This document shows, one piece after another, positions 39,738 through 49,026 of a stretch of DNA of 64,000 nucleotides (positions are counted from its first letter, which is position 1; every line of letters starts with the position of its first letter). A program made the translations under genes and the position numbers. The stretch lies in IMG/VR virus record IMGVR_UViG_3300032322_001562, positions 4,769 to 68,768 of that record. The stretch is one strand, 5' to 3'. A model generated the notes under the pieces. It ran no database searches, was not told the origin of the DNA, and was given only the letters and a program-made list of their open reading frames with translations. Origin of the DNA: a virus.

Positions 39738-40613
39738 TTAGGCTGTCAGGTCTACCCGGACAGCGAGGTGGATGGATGTGTCAAAGTAAACCGCCGCTGG
39801 GCGGATTGCTTTGAGTCTCATGTCATTTTTGTTTCCCGAAACATCGTAAGCCTGGCTTAGATTATCGTTTACGACATCGACATTGCCGAGATATACTCGA
39901 ACGGTGCCGGTGGCGTACATCCATTTGTTGGTGGCAGAAGCGGTAGCTCCAGTTACACCATCAGGGCCAGTGCCAGAGTAGCCGTTTCCGACAACAACTG
40001 GAGTTCCGCCCAAAGTCTGTAGGTGCTCTTTTTCCTTGTCGTGGAAGAGCATGTTTGAGTTGCTAGAAAGAATTGCAGCAACGTCTCGGGTCATGTGAAT
40101 AATTCCCTGCTCTCCACCATGAGAAGCTGAGCCAATTGTGTACTCCAGCAGAGCTAAAGCACGCTTTGCTGAAAGAGCTGTTCCAGAGTTTAGAACCGTA
40201 ACAGTGTTAGATGTCAGAGCCTTGTTGTCGTGGCTCTCTCCTTTACGGACTACTCCGTCCCAGAGTTCGGCTTCCATAGCCTTTTGGGTGACACCCTCGA
40301 GCTGACGGGTGATTCTTGCAATTCGGTCAAGTCCGATAAAACCTAGAGTTGAGCGAGTTTCCTCGACTTCAATGAAAAATGGCTTAATGTCATCGTAATA
40401 GTTGACAGTAGCGCCACTTACAAGTTGTGCTTCTGTAGTGTCAGTGTCATCCCAGTTTGACACATTCTGAACAGTGGTTTCCCATTCCTGGGCAAATCCT
40501 CGGATCCAGCGGTCCTCGTCGGCTGAGTTTTCTGGCTTGACTACAGCAAGTAGACCAAAGGCGGAGGGCAGAATTAGTGGTGCCTCTACTACGCCGTTAT
40601 TGGGGAAAGCCAT
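39738..40613 (-). CDS. Capsid-associated (minor/second capsid) protein
   Basis: Immediately follows the major capsid gene; E.ELW.G, AL..LE, G.IH, TPVV.G.GY, WMYATG. Confidence 0.6.
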   Translation of the reverse strand: MAFPNNGVVEAPLILPSAFGLLAVVKPENSADEDRWIRGFAQEWETTVQNVSNWDDTDTTEAQLVSGATVNYYDDIKPFFIEVEETRSTLGFIGLDRIARITRQLEGVTQKAMEAELWDGVVRKGESHDNKALTSNTVTVLNSGTALSAKRALALLEYTIGSASHGGEQGIIHMTRDVAAILSSNSNMLFHDKEKEHLQTLGGTPVVVGNGYSGTGPDGVTGATASATNKWMYATGTVRVYLGNVDVVNDNLSQAYDVSGNKNDMRLKAIRPAAVYFDTSIHLAVRVDLTA

Positions 40614-40638
40614 CTTTTTCCTAACTTAAATCTTTTAG

Positions 40639-40679
40639 GGGGTGAGCGCCCCCGGGGCCGAAGCCCCGGGAGCTAACCC
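40639..40679 (-). terminator. Strong hairpin (UUCG loop) after the major capsid gene
   Basis: CCCGGGGC-TTCG-GCCCCGGG with extended flanking pairing; weak U tail. Confidence 0.6.
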
Positions 40680-40697
40680 GTTGTTGCTATTTAGTTT

Positions 40698-42782
40698 TTA
40701 GAGCTCGATAGCAGCTGCGGTTGCGCCACCAGTGGTGTCGCGTAGAGCAGCAGCAACACCGTTGACCGAGATGGTCGAGGTGATTGCTAGAGACTCGATA
40801 CCAACCTTGGCAACGTTCTCGAAGGTCTCAACGAACATCTTGTAGTCGTTGGTTCCTACGAGGGAGCTGTCGCGGATGATACCTAGGTCGAGAGTTCCAC
40901 CATCCAGGAATAGGAAGGTGCCCTCTGCGAACAAGTACCATACGAAGGTGTCTGGGAACTCTACAAGTGCAGTTGCACCCTGAGAACCAAACACGTTCTG
41001 GTCTGGAGTAGCAACCAAGTCAACGTTGATGGTTGACAGGTAGCCGTTGATCTCGGCCTGTGATACAGACAGAGTTCCATCTCCTGGCATTGACAGAGTC
41101 AAGTCAGCTGCCATTGCGTCGTATACCCATGAAGGAATGAATGCCTTCAGGACGGCGGTTGGAGCTAGACGGTGACGTGAACGGTAAGCAGCAGCTGCAC
41201 GGCGTAGCTGTACCAGGAAGTCACGACCGAAACCGATCAGAGACGAAGTGGTAACAGCGGTTGAGCCAGTTGCAATGTTGGCTAGCAGGTTCTGCTCTGC
41301 CTCACGTGCGTGCTGTACGAGAGCTAGCTCGTTGTGGCGAGCAATCAACTCTGGGTAAGCACGAGTCATGAGGTTACCGAACTGTAGCTGTAGAGTGACA
41401 GCGTCAGTTGACACGGTCTGCTCCTGAGCAGCTGAAACAGTCAGGCTGGTCTTGGTGTTTGAGTATGGAGCTGCATCGGTAGCTGCGGTCCATACACCAA
41501 CTGCGTTAGCGTAGGTTCCAGCTGCGAAGCTTGGTGGGGTTACGAAGCGGATACCGCCGCGGTCTGCCTGGAAACGTGGCAGAGCGTCGCGTACCGGACG
41601 TACTGTGGTAGAGCCAATGCCGAAAATGTCGTAGCGAACTTCGACTGGAGCAGCGTGTCCACCAGAAGCGGTAAGAGCTTCCTGGCCTACAACTGCCTCG
41701 ATCTTTGCGGCGTTTGCCTCTGCGTCAGTACCGAGGAAACGGTCCTCTGGGTACTGAGTGGTGAAGGAAGCAACGATGTGCTGCTCTCCGTCTCCACCGT
41801 TTACACGACGAAGAGAGTGTAGTCTCTTCTCCATGGCGCGAGCAACCTCTGCCATGTCTTGAATTGTGCTTCCCGCGGTGTAGCCAGGGATGTCAGCACC
41901 AGCGGTGATTGCCACTGGAGCCTCGGTAACCTGAACTACAGGCTGGCGGTCAGCTGGAGCCTCGAAAGGCTTCTCTTCTGCGGCGCTCACTAGTGCCTGC
42001 TCCTTCTGCTCTTCTACGAGAGCGGTTGATGTTTCAATTGTTTCTTCAGAAGAAAGCTCTGCTGCTGGTTCTACCTCTACGGCTGCTTCTGCAGACTCTT
42101 CGGTAGAAAGCTCAGTTGCCTCTTCTGTATTGGTCGATAGTTCAGAACCGTCTTCCTGATCGGTTGATGCTTCGTTTGCAGACTCCTCTACAACTTCGGC
42201 TACTGCCTCAGTTGCAACCTCTACGTCTGCTGATAGCTCGGCTTCTGCAACAGGAGTTGCATCTGCACTTACCTCAGCGGCTGGCTCACTAGAAACTTCC
42301 TCGGTTGCGGCCTCGTTCTCGGCGGATGCCTGAATTGACATCTCATCCTCCTTCTTTTCCTCTTCCTTGGACTCTTCCATGGGCTCTTCCATTTCGGCTT
42401 CTGGTTCCATCTCCACAGGCATGTCTTCAGCTGGAGCTTCCTCCGCTGGCATGTCTTCTGCTGGAGACTCTTCCTTCATAGCCTCGTCTTCGGTCATAGC
42501 CATTTCTTCTCCCTTGTCGCCATAGCCCTCGCCCTTGACACGGGCAGCTGCTTCAGCGGCCTTTGCTGCAAGCTCTGCAGCAAGAGCTTCGCGACGAGAT
42601 AGTTCGCCACGAACAATGTCAAGAGAGTCGGCTAGCGACGTCATAGCATCAACTGTCTCAGGAGTAGGGTCTTCACCCTCAACCATTTCAAACTGGCTGA
42701 TAATCTCTGCCTGAAGCTCTGCGACTTGCTCGTCGCCAAGCTCAGCGATAGTATCAAGCTGAGTTTTGATTTGGTCGTACAC
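40698..42782 (-). CDS. Major capsid protein with fused N-terminal scaffold and acidic linker
   Basis: GTG after AGGAGG; helical N-terminus and Glu-rich linker; ALTASGG..AP, RGGI.F, GGTLDLG..RDS.L...NDY..F.E. Confidence 0.9.
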   Translation of the reverse strand: MYDQIKTQLDTIAELGDEQVAELQAEIISQFEMVEGEDPTPETVDAMTSLADSLDIVRGELSRREALAAELAAKAAEAAARVKGEGYGDKGEEMAMTEDEAMKEESPAEDMPAEEAPAEDMPVEMEPEAEMEEPMEESKEEEKKEDEMSIQASAENEAATEEVSSEPAAEVSADATPVAEAELSADVEVATEAVAEVVEESANEASTDQEDGSELSTNTEEATELSTEESAEAAVEVEPAAELSSEETIETSTALVEEQKEQALVSAAEEKPFEAPADRQPVVQVTEAPVAITAGADIPGYTAGSTIQDMAEVARAMEKRLHSLRRVNGGDGEQHIVASFTTQYPEDRFLGTDAEANAAKIEAVVGQEALTASGGHAAPVEVRYDIFGIGSTTVRPVRDALPRFQADRGGIRFVTPPSFAAGTYANAVGVWTAATDAAPYSNTKTSLTVSAAQEQTVSTDAVTLQLQFGNLMTRAYPELIARHNELALVQHAREAEQNLLANIATGSTAVTTSSLIGFGRDFLVQLRRAAAAYRSRHRLAPTAVLKAFIPSWVYDAMAADLTLSMPGDGTLSVSQAEINGYLSTINVDLVATPDQNVFGSQGATALVEFPDTFVWYLFAEGTFLFLDGGTLDLGIIRDSSLVGTNDYKMFVETFENVAKVGIESLAITSTISVNGVAAALRDTTGGATAAAIEL

Positions 42783-42885
42783 TGTACCTCCTAGGCCAGT
42801 TAGTTTTTGGACGTCAAACGCCCGTGATTACAGTCAAGGTTGAGGGACTCCGCGCTCTAGGCGCGAGGCGCTCCACCTACGGATA

Positions 42886-42893
42886 ATTTTACC
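42886..42893 (-). promoter_or_regulatory. Promoter motif GGTAAAAT upstream of the major capsid gene
   Basis: Recurrent octamer about 100 nt upstream of the capsid start. Confidence 0.6.
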
Positions 42894-42900
42894 GTATTTT

Positions 42901-45900
42901 TTAGGTAAGTAGTCGAAGTAGCTTACTCATCTCAGACTGAACCTCTCCCTGAGAGAAGAGGTCAGCTCCAGACATATAAGACTTTAGCTTTTGGGTAGCT
43001 ATGTCTGCGTCTTCCTTACCAATCTTTGATTCTACCCTGTCAATCATGCCCTCTATTAAGTCCTTAAGACCTGCAGGCAGATCGCTATACCTAACTTTTT
43101 GGGCTTCTTTACCAAAAGGTAGAGGTAGATTTGCAATAGTTTTTCCTAACTCAGCTGCAGTTAGACGAACGTTCTCTAGGGCTTCCGGATTGAGCGCCTG
43201 AGCGTCAAGTCGATCAATCATTCCTAGAAGCTCAGAACTTGCAGCTGCAGAAGCAGCATAGTCTCCTGCAAAGTCTAGATTTTCTGCTTCTTCCACTCTC
43301 TTAAGTGCTCTAGAGAGACCAGCAACACCAAGGTCTTGCTTTAGTCGAGCTAAAACTTTGCGGTACTTGCCTTTAGCATCGCGAGGCTGGTTAACGCCAG
43401 AGATATATTTAACTCTGCCTTCCTCATCGCGAATAGGTGCAGACTTAGCTTTTTCTACTTCTTCGGCGGCTTTGATCTCTTCCTCAGTTTGCTTATCAGC
43501 CTCTTCTTTGGCTTCTTTAAGCTTCTTAAGCTCTGTCTCGGAGATCTCCTCGGCTTTTGGGCCGGCAGCCACCACCACCTCTCGAACATAGGCAGCGGCA
43601 GTTTTAGAAGTCCATTCTTCTGGAATCAGGTCTTCTCTACCTAGAGCCTTTGCTCTCTTAACGATATGCTTCTTAGCAAGCTCGATGTCTTTTGCGCGAC
43701 CGTGAGCCTTGATTGCACGCTTTAGGTCTTCCTCATTCTCAATTGGGAATGATCCATCTGGAAGAGCGAGTCCTTCTTCTGCATACTTTTCGCGAGTCTC
43801 TTCTGAATAGTCTCTGAACTCACCAGTTGCTGCTGCAGTAATTGCTGCACGCATAGCAGCTACCTTCTCTGCAGCTTCCATTGAGTCAGCGTGTAGCCAG
43901 TGGCTAGGAATCAAATCGGCTTGGCGTAGCTTGCGAGCACGCTTGATGATGTGCTTTCGAACAGCCTTGCGCTCAGAAGCTTTCGAACGACCATAAGCCT
44001 GAATTGCATTCTTTAGGTCGTCGACGTTGCGAATTGGGTATGAACCGTCTGGCATTGCTTTGCCTTCTTCAGCAAGAGCCATGCGCTCTTCCTCAGAAAT
44101 CTTGGCAAGCTCTGCAACAGCAGCTGCAGTTAGGGCTTTTTCACGCATTTCAGCAGCACTAGCGGTAATAGCCTCTAGGTTTGCCTCACGCATTTTCTTT
44201 TTTGCTTCCCTGACACGATCTTTTAGGTTAGGTGCGCTAGCTGCGAGCTGACCAAGCATGTCAGCTTGTGCAACTAGGTTTCCAACTGCACGACTCTTCA
44301 TAATTGCAAGCTCGGAAGCACCAGCGGCAACAAGAGCCATAATCTTGCCGGAAGCAACCATTGCACGAGCAATTGGGAATCCTGGAACATTTACCTGGCA
44401 AACTGCAACAAGCTCCAAAGAGCCGTTGATTGGACGCCAGTCTCCAGAAGGAGCGGAAGCACGAAGTGCACGAACCTGCAGTTCATCTACGTCTGGACGA
44501 AGGGATCCAGCGCACCAAATGCCGTACTCATCCTCTCCCATGTGAACGTCTGCTACTGCAGAGGCGGTGTCGTCATAGTGCTTAGCAGCTGCGGCAGCAT
44601 CTACGTTTAGTGGGGCGTGTCCGCCAGCAAGGGTTAGCTGACCTACAGGAATGTCCATTCCCTCGGCAGTGTGAATTACGCCTGTGTGGAAGTAAGCGTA
44701 CTTGCTTCTTGAGCGTGGTGGCTTAGTCGAGCGTGGTAGACCGATGTGGCTGACGTGCCATGCTGCAATGTGGCCGTAGATACGACCATCCTTGTCCACA
44801 GTCAGTGGAGTTGGCTTTGTCAGCTTCGGGTTTTCAAACCATGAAGCTGGAGGAGTAACTGGAACATCTGATTCCAGGTATCCTGAAGCAATGATTGGCT
44901 CGACGTCAGCGAAGGTCTCTAGAGACTCTTCATAAACGCCGTCTTCTGGGGTCACAATATCCTCCTGATCCCCTGATTCTTCGATGAGAATAGAGCACTC
45001 TTGGAATGCTGGCTTAGCTACAATTGTAGCAGCCATGATTCGGGCCTTATTGATAGTAAGTTTGTCTTTGCCGTATTCTTGACCATCATCAGCGGTTTCT
45101 TTTGATGGTTTCTTGTCTTCTTTTGCCTGGAACTGATCGAGGTCAACAGAAACTCCACGCAGGAACCCGTGACGGACTAGACGCTCTGCTTCACGTCCAT
45201 ATGGGCCGCTGTCAAACACTCCGTAAGCATTGCCCATTCCGCCATCTACACGCTCGATGTAGTCAATTCGACCAACCACAACTGATCCATCGTGTCCCTG
45301 GCCAGTTTTAATCTGCCAGAGCAATGGGACTGGCAGTTCTCTCATCGAGATAGCACCTTTGTCGAATTTACGACCGTCCCCGGACTCTACTTCTTCCGGA
45401 ATAAGCATTGGAATAAAGAATCTCGCTCCGTGAGCAGGCTTAGGAGCAGCTGCCACCAGACCAATTTTTTCTCTGGCATCGGCTGCTCTAGCTGCTAGTT
45501 CTGCACGTTGGATAATTGCAGTGTCAAACTCTTGCTCACTTGCAAAAAGGCTGGCTGAAGCCTGACGACCACGCTTTTTCCCGACATTGAACTTGCTTCC
45601 GGTATATACGCCAGTAACTTCTTTGTGACGCAGTTGGCAGTAGCCTTTAGCGCGAGGCCCCATGTACTTGGAAAGCTGGCGGACACAGCGTGTCCAGTCC
45701 CCAGGAGTACCCCAACGAATTTTGAGGGCACCCTTGCCACGAGTCCAATAGCGGCGAAGTGCTTCGGCGTTTCCACGGTTGCGATCTAGACCACCAGCAG
45801 CGATTAGTGCCTCGAATTCTTCATCCAAACACTTAGCAAGTTCATCCATAGCCTTGCAAATTACATCCTCTGGCTCCCATGAGTCGTCATACAGGTCGTC

Positions 45901-48087
45901 TGGCTCTGCCATAATCTCAACGATTGGAATAAGCATGTCACTTTCAGTCACTTCCGTAGCCTGAGTGATATTTTCACCTGGAAGTTCTCCCATAAGGAAC
46001 TCGTCTGTTGAGTTTTCACGACCTGGATTAAATTTGCTGCCAGTGTAGATGCCGGTAGCGTCCTTGTGTCGGAGCTGGCAGTAGCCCTTTGCACGAGGGC
46101 CCATGTATTTGGTCAGGTATCTTACGCAACGCTTCCAGTCACCTGGAGTTCCCCAACGGATTTTTGCAGCGCCTTTACCCATAGTCCAATAACGGCGTAG
46201 GGTCTCGGCATTACCTCGATTGCGATCAATACCTCCAGCTGCTAGAAGTGGCTCTACAACTGTTTCCCAGAAAATGTGGAAATTGTAGGCTGAAGAAGTC
46301 ATACCTTGGTCTGCTTGAACAAGAACGTCGTTTAGAACTTCTTTATCATCTAGCTCTACTACTGGTGGTGGAGTTGAAGACTTAAGATCCATAAGAATCT
46401 GGTCATTTCTCTGCCAAGTTCCATCTTTTCTTTCATAAAGAACTGGAGTAGTAGTTTCTTTTGTCTCTGGAACCAGAGCAACAATATCCATAACGGCAGT
46501 CTTGTCATCCGGAGAGACTAGAGCCAAATATTTTGCAGGAATATCAGACGTTTCTGGAGTTTGGGTCTTACCAGTCGGCTCGCCAGCAGAAGTTAGCGGC
46601 TTAAACTTCTTTCTTTGGCTAATTACCCAAGAGTCCCAGTTGTACATCATTGACCTGAGCTCGTCCCTGGTCATAGGGGGAAGAGTTCCGGGTAGGTGAG
46701 CCTTTGGCCTGTTTGAAGGAGTTCTAGGTTCTCCCAAAATTCCAGACATGTCTAGTGGAGCACCCATTGGGCGGGTTTGGACTTTTAGTCCCTCTAGCTC
46801 TTCGTCTTGACCCTTAACGGTGTTAGATGGGACAGTGACTACCTCGCCATTTTCAAGCAAGACGTCTACGGTACCGTCGTCAGTATTTATGGCAGTGATT
46901 TCTCCCTTGCCACGAGCAAAATCGTCAGCAATAACAACCTTAGTTCCAACTTTAGCAAATCTTCCCAGCGCATCTTTTGGCTGTTTTGCTGCTCTAGCGG
47001 CTTTTTCAGCTGGAGTATCGATGTTGTCGTTAGGGTCTATAGCTCCAGTAGGCTTTGGCTCTCCAGCGGCTGTCAAAACTCGGTCAATCATGGCAAAGTC
47101 TTCTTCTGCAAGACCCTCGGCCATAAGTGCAGTCTCTTCTGGGTCAATCTCTTCTAGAAGAACTGGTTGGAATGGACGCTCTTGGAAGAAAGCAGAAATA
47201 ATAACGGCTGAAGATGGATCGATTAGGACGTGCTCGACTTCTACGTTGTCTTCTGAGTCATCTAGGGCTTGATCGTAGTAATAAACGTCGCCATCAACAT
47301 GTCCTAAGTCGTCCCAGCCGAAGTCGTCCCAAATAGAAACTGTTCCATCAATGTCGATTTTATATAGGCGGTCAATTCCAGAACCGTCCATGCGAACACG
47401 AGCCATAAACTCTGGACCAACATTAGCGTCCAGCTCATGTGCAACCTTGAATGGGTTTACATCAGAGTCGTAGTTTCCAAAACCATACGTGTCTAGGTGA
47501 TCTTCATACCCTGGGAGCATGTATCCACCAGCAGTTCGTGCTTTTCGGTTTTCTCTTTCAACAATTGCGCGAGACCATCTCCATGCGGCGTCGCCACCCC
47601 AAAGGGCCCAGGCGATGCGACCATTCGATGGAAACTTGTCTTCGCCTGGAGCCCAGCCTTTGCCCTTCTTGTCTACTTCGTGACGAGGGAAATATTTAGC
47701 AATATGTCTAACCTTGCGAATTCCTATTTGACCGCCACGAGCAAGAGTGCGAGCAGTGTTAAGACCTACTGGAGTTCCACCACGCTTATACTTTTTTCTC
47801 CACTCAAGAGCTTTTTTAGCTTCTGCAACAACTCCTTCTGGAATTGTGTACATTCTGTTTCCAGAAGCGGCGATTGGAGAAACTTCTATAAGCGCGGCGT
47901 TGGCAAGCTCGATAACGGAACTAGAAAAAGCTTGCTTAGTTGGCTTATCTGGTAGTGCAGCTAGTTTCTGTGCAATTTCTACCTGGGAAAAGTCAGCAAC
48001 CAGGTTAGTGTCAAAATAAACTGCAACGTATCTTCCCTTTTTCTCAAAAAAGGCTAAAGATTCGTCAGCGCCAACAAATTTAAGCAA
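42901..48087 (-). CDS. Giant multidomain capsid maturation protease (putative polyprotein)
   Basis: Directly upstream of the capsid gene; prohead-protease-like region (SGDGR.F..., GHDG..VVG.I, GVSVD) and a second GH.A.W...SGDWR domain; two pairs of internal repeats. Confidence 0.8.
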   Translation of the reverse strand: MLKFVGADESLAFFEKKGRYVAVYFDTNLVADFSQVEIAQKLAALPDKPTKQAFSSSVIELANAALIEVSPIAASGNRMYTIPEGVVAEAKKALEWRKKYKRGGTPVGLNTARTLARGGQIGIRKVRHIAKYFPRHEVDKKGKGWAPGEDKFPSNGRIAWALWGGDAAWRWSRAIVERENRKARTAGGYMLPGYEDHLDTYGFGNYDSDVNPFKVAHELDANVGPEFMARVRMDGSGIDRLYKIDIDGTVSIWDDFGWDDLGHVDGDVYYYDQALDDSEDNVEVEHVLIDPSSAVIISAFFQERPFQPVLLEEIDPEETALMAEGLAEEDFAMIDRVLTAAGEPKPTGAIDPNDNIDTPAEKAARAAKQPKDALGRFAKVGTKVVIADDFARGKGEITAINTDDGTVDVLLENGEVVTVPSNTVKGQDEELEGLKVQTRPMGAPLDMSGILGEPRTPSNRPKAHLPGTLPPMTRDELRSMMYNWDSWVISQRKKFKPLTSAGEPTGKTQTPETSDIPAKYLALVSPDDKTAVMDIVALVPETKETTTPVLYERKDGTWQRNDQILMDLKSSTPPPVVELDDKEVLNDVLVQADQGMTSSAYNFHIFWETVVEPLLAAGGIDRNRGNAETLRRYWTMGKGAAKIRWGTPGDWKRCVRYLTKYMGPRAKGYCQLRHKDATGIYTGSKFNPGRENSTDEFLMGELPGENITQATEVTESDMLIPIVEIMAEPDDLYDDSWEPEDVICKAMDELAKCLDEEFEALIAAGGLDRNRGNAEALRRYWTRGKGALKIRWGTPGDWTRCVRQLSKYMGPRAKGYCQLRHKEVTGVYTGSKFNVGKKRGRQASASLFASEQEFDTAIIQRAELAARAADAREKIGLVAAAPKPAHGARFFIPMLIPEEVESGDGRKFDKGAISMRELPVPLLWQIKTGQGHDGSVVVGRIDYIERVDGGMGNAYGVFDSGPYGREAERLVRHGFLRGVSVDLDQFQAKEDKKPSKETADDGQEYGKDKLTINKARIMAATIVAKPAFQECSILIEESGDQEDIVTPEDGVYEESLETFADVEPIIASGYLESDVPVTPPASWFENPKLTKPTPLTVDKDGRIYGHIAAWHVSHIGLPRSTKPPRSRSKYAYFHTGVIHTAEGMDIPVGQLTLAGGHAPLNVDAAAAAKHYDDTASAVADVHMGEDEYGIWCAGSLRPDVDELQVRALRASAPSGDWRPINGSLELVAVCQVNVPGFPIARAMVASGKIMALVAAGASELAIMKSRAVGNLVAQADMLGQLAASAPNLKDRVREAKKKMREANLEAITASAAEMREKALTAAAVAELAKISEEERMALAEEGKAMPDGSYPIRNVDDLKNAIQAYGRSKASERKAVRKHIIKRARKLRQADLIPSHWLHADSMEAAEKVAAMRAAITAAATGEFRDYSEETREKYAEEGLALPDGSFPIENEEDLKRAIKAHGRAKDIELAKKHIVKRAKALGREDLIPEEWTSKTAAAYVREVVVAAGPKAEEISETELKKLKEAKEEADKQTEEEIKAAEEVEKAKSAPIRDEEGRVKYISGVNQPRDAKGKYRKVLARLKQDLGVAGLSRALKRVEEAENLDFAGDYAASAAASSELLGMIDRLDAQALNPEALENVRLTAAELGKTIANLPLPFGKEAQKVRYSDLPAGLKDLIEGMIDRVESKIGKEDADIATQKLKSYMSGADLFSQGEVQSEMSKLLRLLT

Positions 48088-48091
48088 GAGA

Positions 48092-48460
48092 TTAGTCCTC
48101 TACTTTTAGATTATCTTTTGATTCGTATTCAGAAGAAGTAATAATTTTCTCAGAGTGGTCTTTCAAGACGTCTAGGGTTAGCTCATCCTTGTCGTAAAGC
48201 TTGATGGCCTTGTGCTCGTTTTCATAGTCATCGAAGTTATAGTCTTCGGTGATTGTTAGGGGGTCAGTGTCCCAGTCGAGCTGATATACATCGTGCTTGG
48301 AAAGACGGTCAAAAATCCCCGCCTCCTCCTTGTCGGTAATCTGCCAGTCGTTGTCTGCACGGACCGACATTCCTAGAGGAAACCAGCAAATAACAGAGTC
48401 AATTGACTCAGTTTCGGGGTCTACGTAGAACCAGACATCGACGATGCTGCTTTTTGCCAT
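48092..48460 (-). CDS. Acidic hypothetical protein
   Basis: ORF downstream of a TGTAAAAT motif (48508-48515). Confidence 0.65.
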   Translation of the reverse strand: MAKSSIVDVWFYVDPETESIDSVICWFPLGMSVRADNDWQITDKEEAGIFDRLSKHDVYQLDWDTDPLTITEDYNFDDYENEHKAIKLYDKDELTLDVLKDHSEKIITSSEYESKDNLKVED

Positions 48461-48535
48461 TTATTACTCTCTAACCGTAAAATAGACCAGGGACGTGGCT
48501 ATTTTCTATTTTACACTGATTTTTGTGTTGTTGTT

Positions 48536-48724
48536 CTATTGACCGTATAATTCTCTGTATACGATTTCCGAAGTAGCTTCTGGCACTTGGAAAATTAGCT
48601 GGTCGAGCTCTTCGTCGGACAGCTGAGACAGGTCCACTTCAATTTCTTTGGGCTCTCGCTCCCCTGAAAAGTCCTCGACATAATATAAAACCTTGGTTTC
48701 GTGCTTTCTTTCGGGCTTTTGCAT
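48536..48724 (-). CDS. Small acidic hypothetical protein
   Basis: TAATG-coupled ORF with GGAG SD. Confidence 0.6.
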   Translation of the reverse strand: MQKPERKHETKVLYYVEDFSGEREPKEIEVDLSQLSDEELDQLIFQVPEATSEIVYRELYGQ

Positions 48725-49023
48725 TACTGCTCCTCCCTTTCTTCCACCCTGGCCAAAAACTTAATAAATTCCTCGGAAAATTCGTCTTCTTTAGCCAAAG
48801 GAACGCTTTTCATAATGTAAGAGATCTCGTCATAAATCCGAGTCTCGAACTCCTCGGAAGTAGCGATGTATTCAGGAAACTTAATCCAGTTTGCATCCGG
48901 ATCCCAGGTTTTACCGTCCTTGCTGAAAAAGTCATAGGGCTTTGCCATAGATCCCAGGTAGCCAAACCTACGAGAGTATTCGACGTATCGGGGGTCTATT
49001 TGGTTCTCTAGTTCTTCTGCCAT
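48724..49023 (-). CDS. Small acidic hypothetical protein (candidate immunity/partner)
   Basis: Starts 3 nt after the ART-containing ORF. Confidence 0.6.
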   Translation of the reverse strand: MAEELENQIDPRYVEYSRRFGYLGSMAKPYDFFSKDGKTWDPDANWIKFPEYIATSEEFETRIYDEISYIMKSVPLAKEDEFSEEFIKFLARVEEREEQ

Positions 49024-49026
49024 ATG

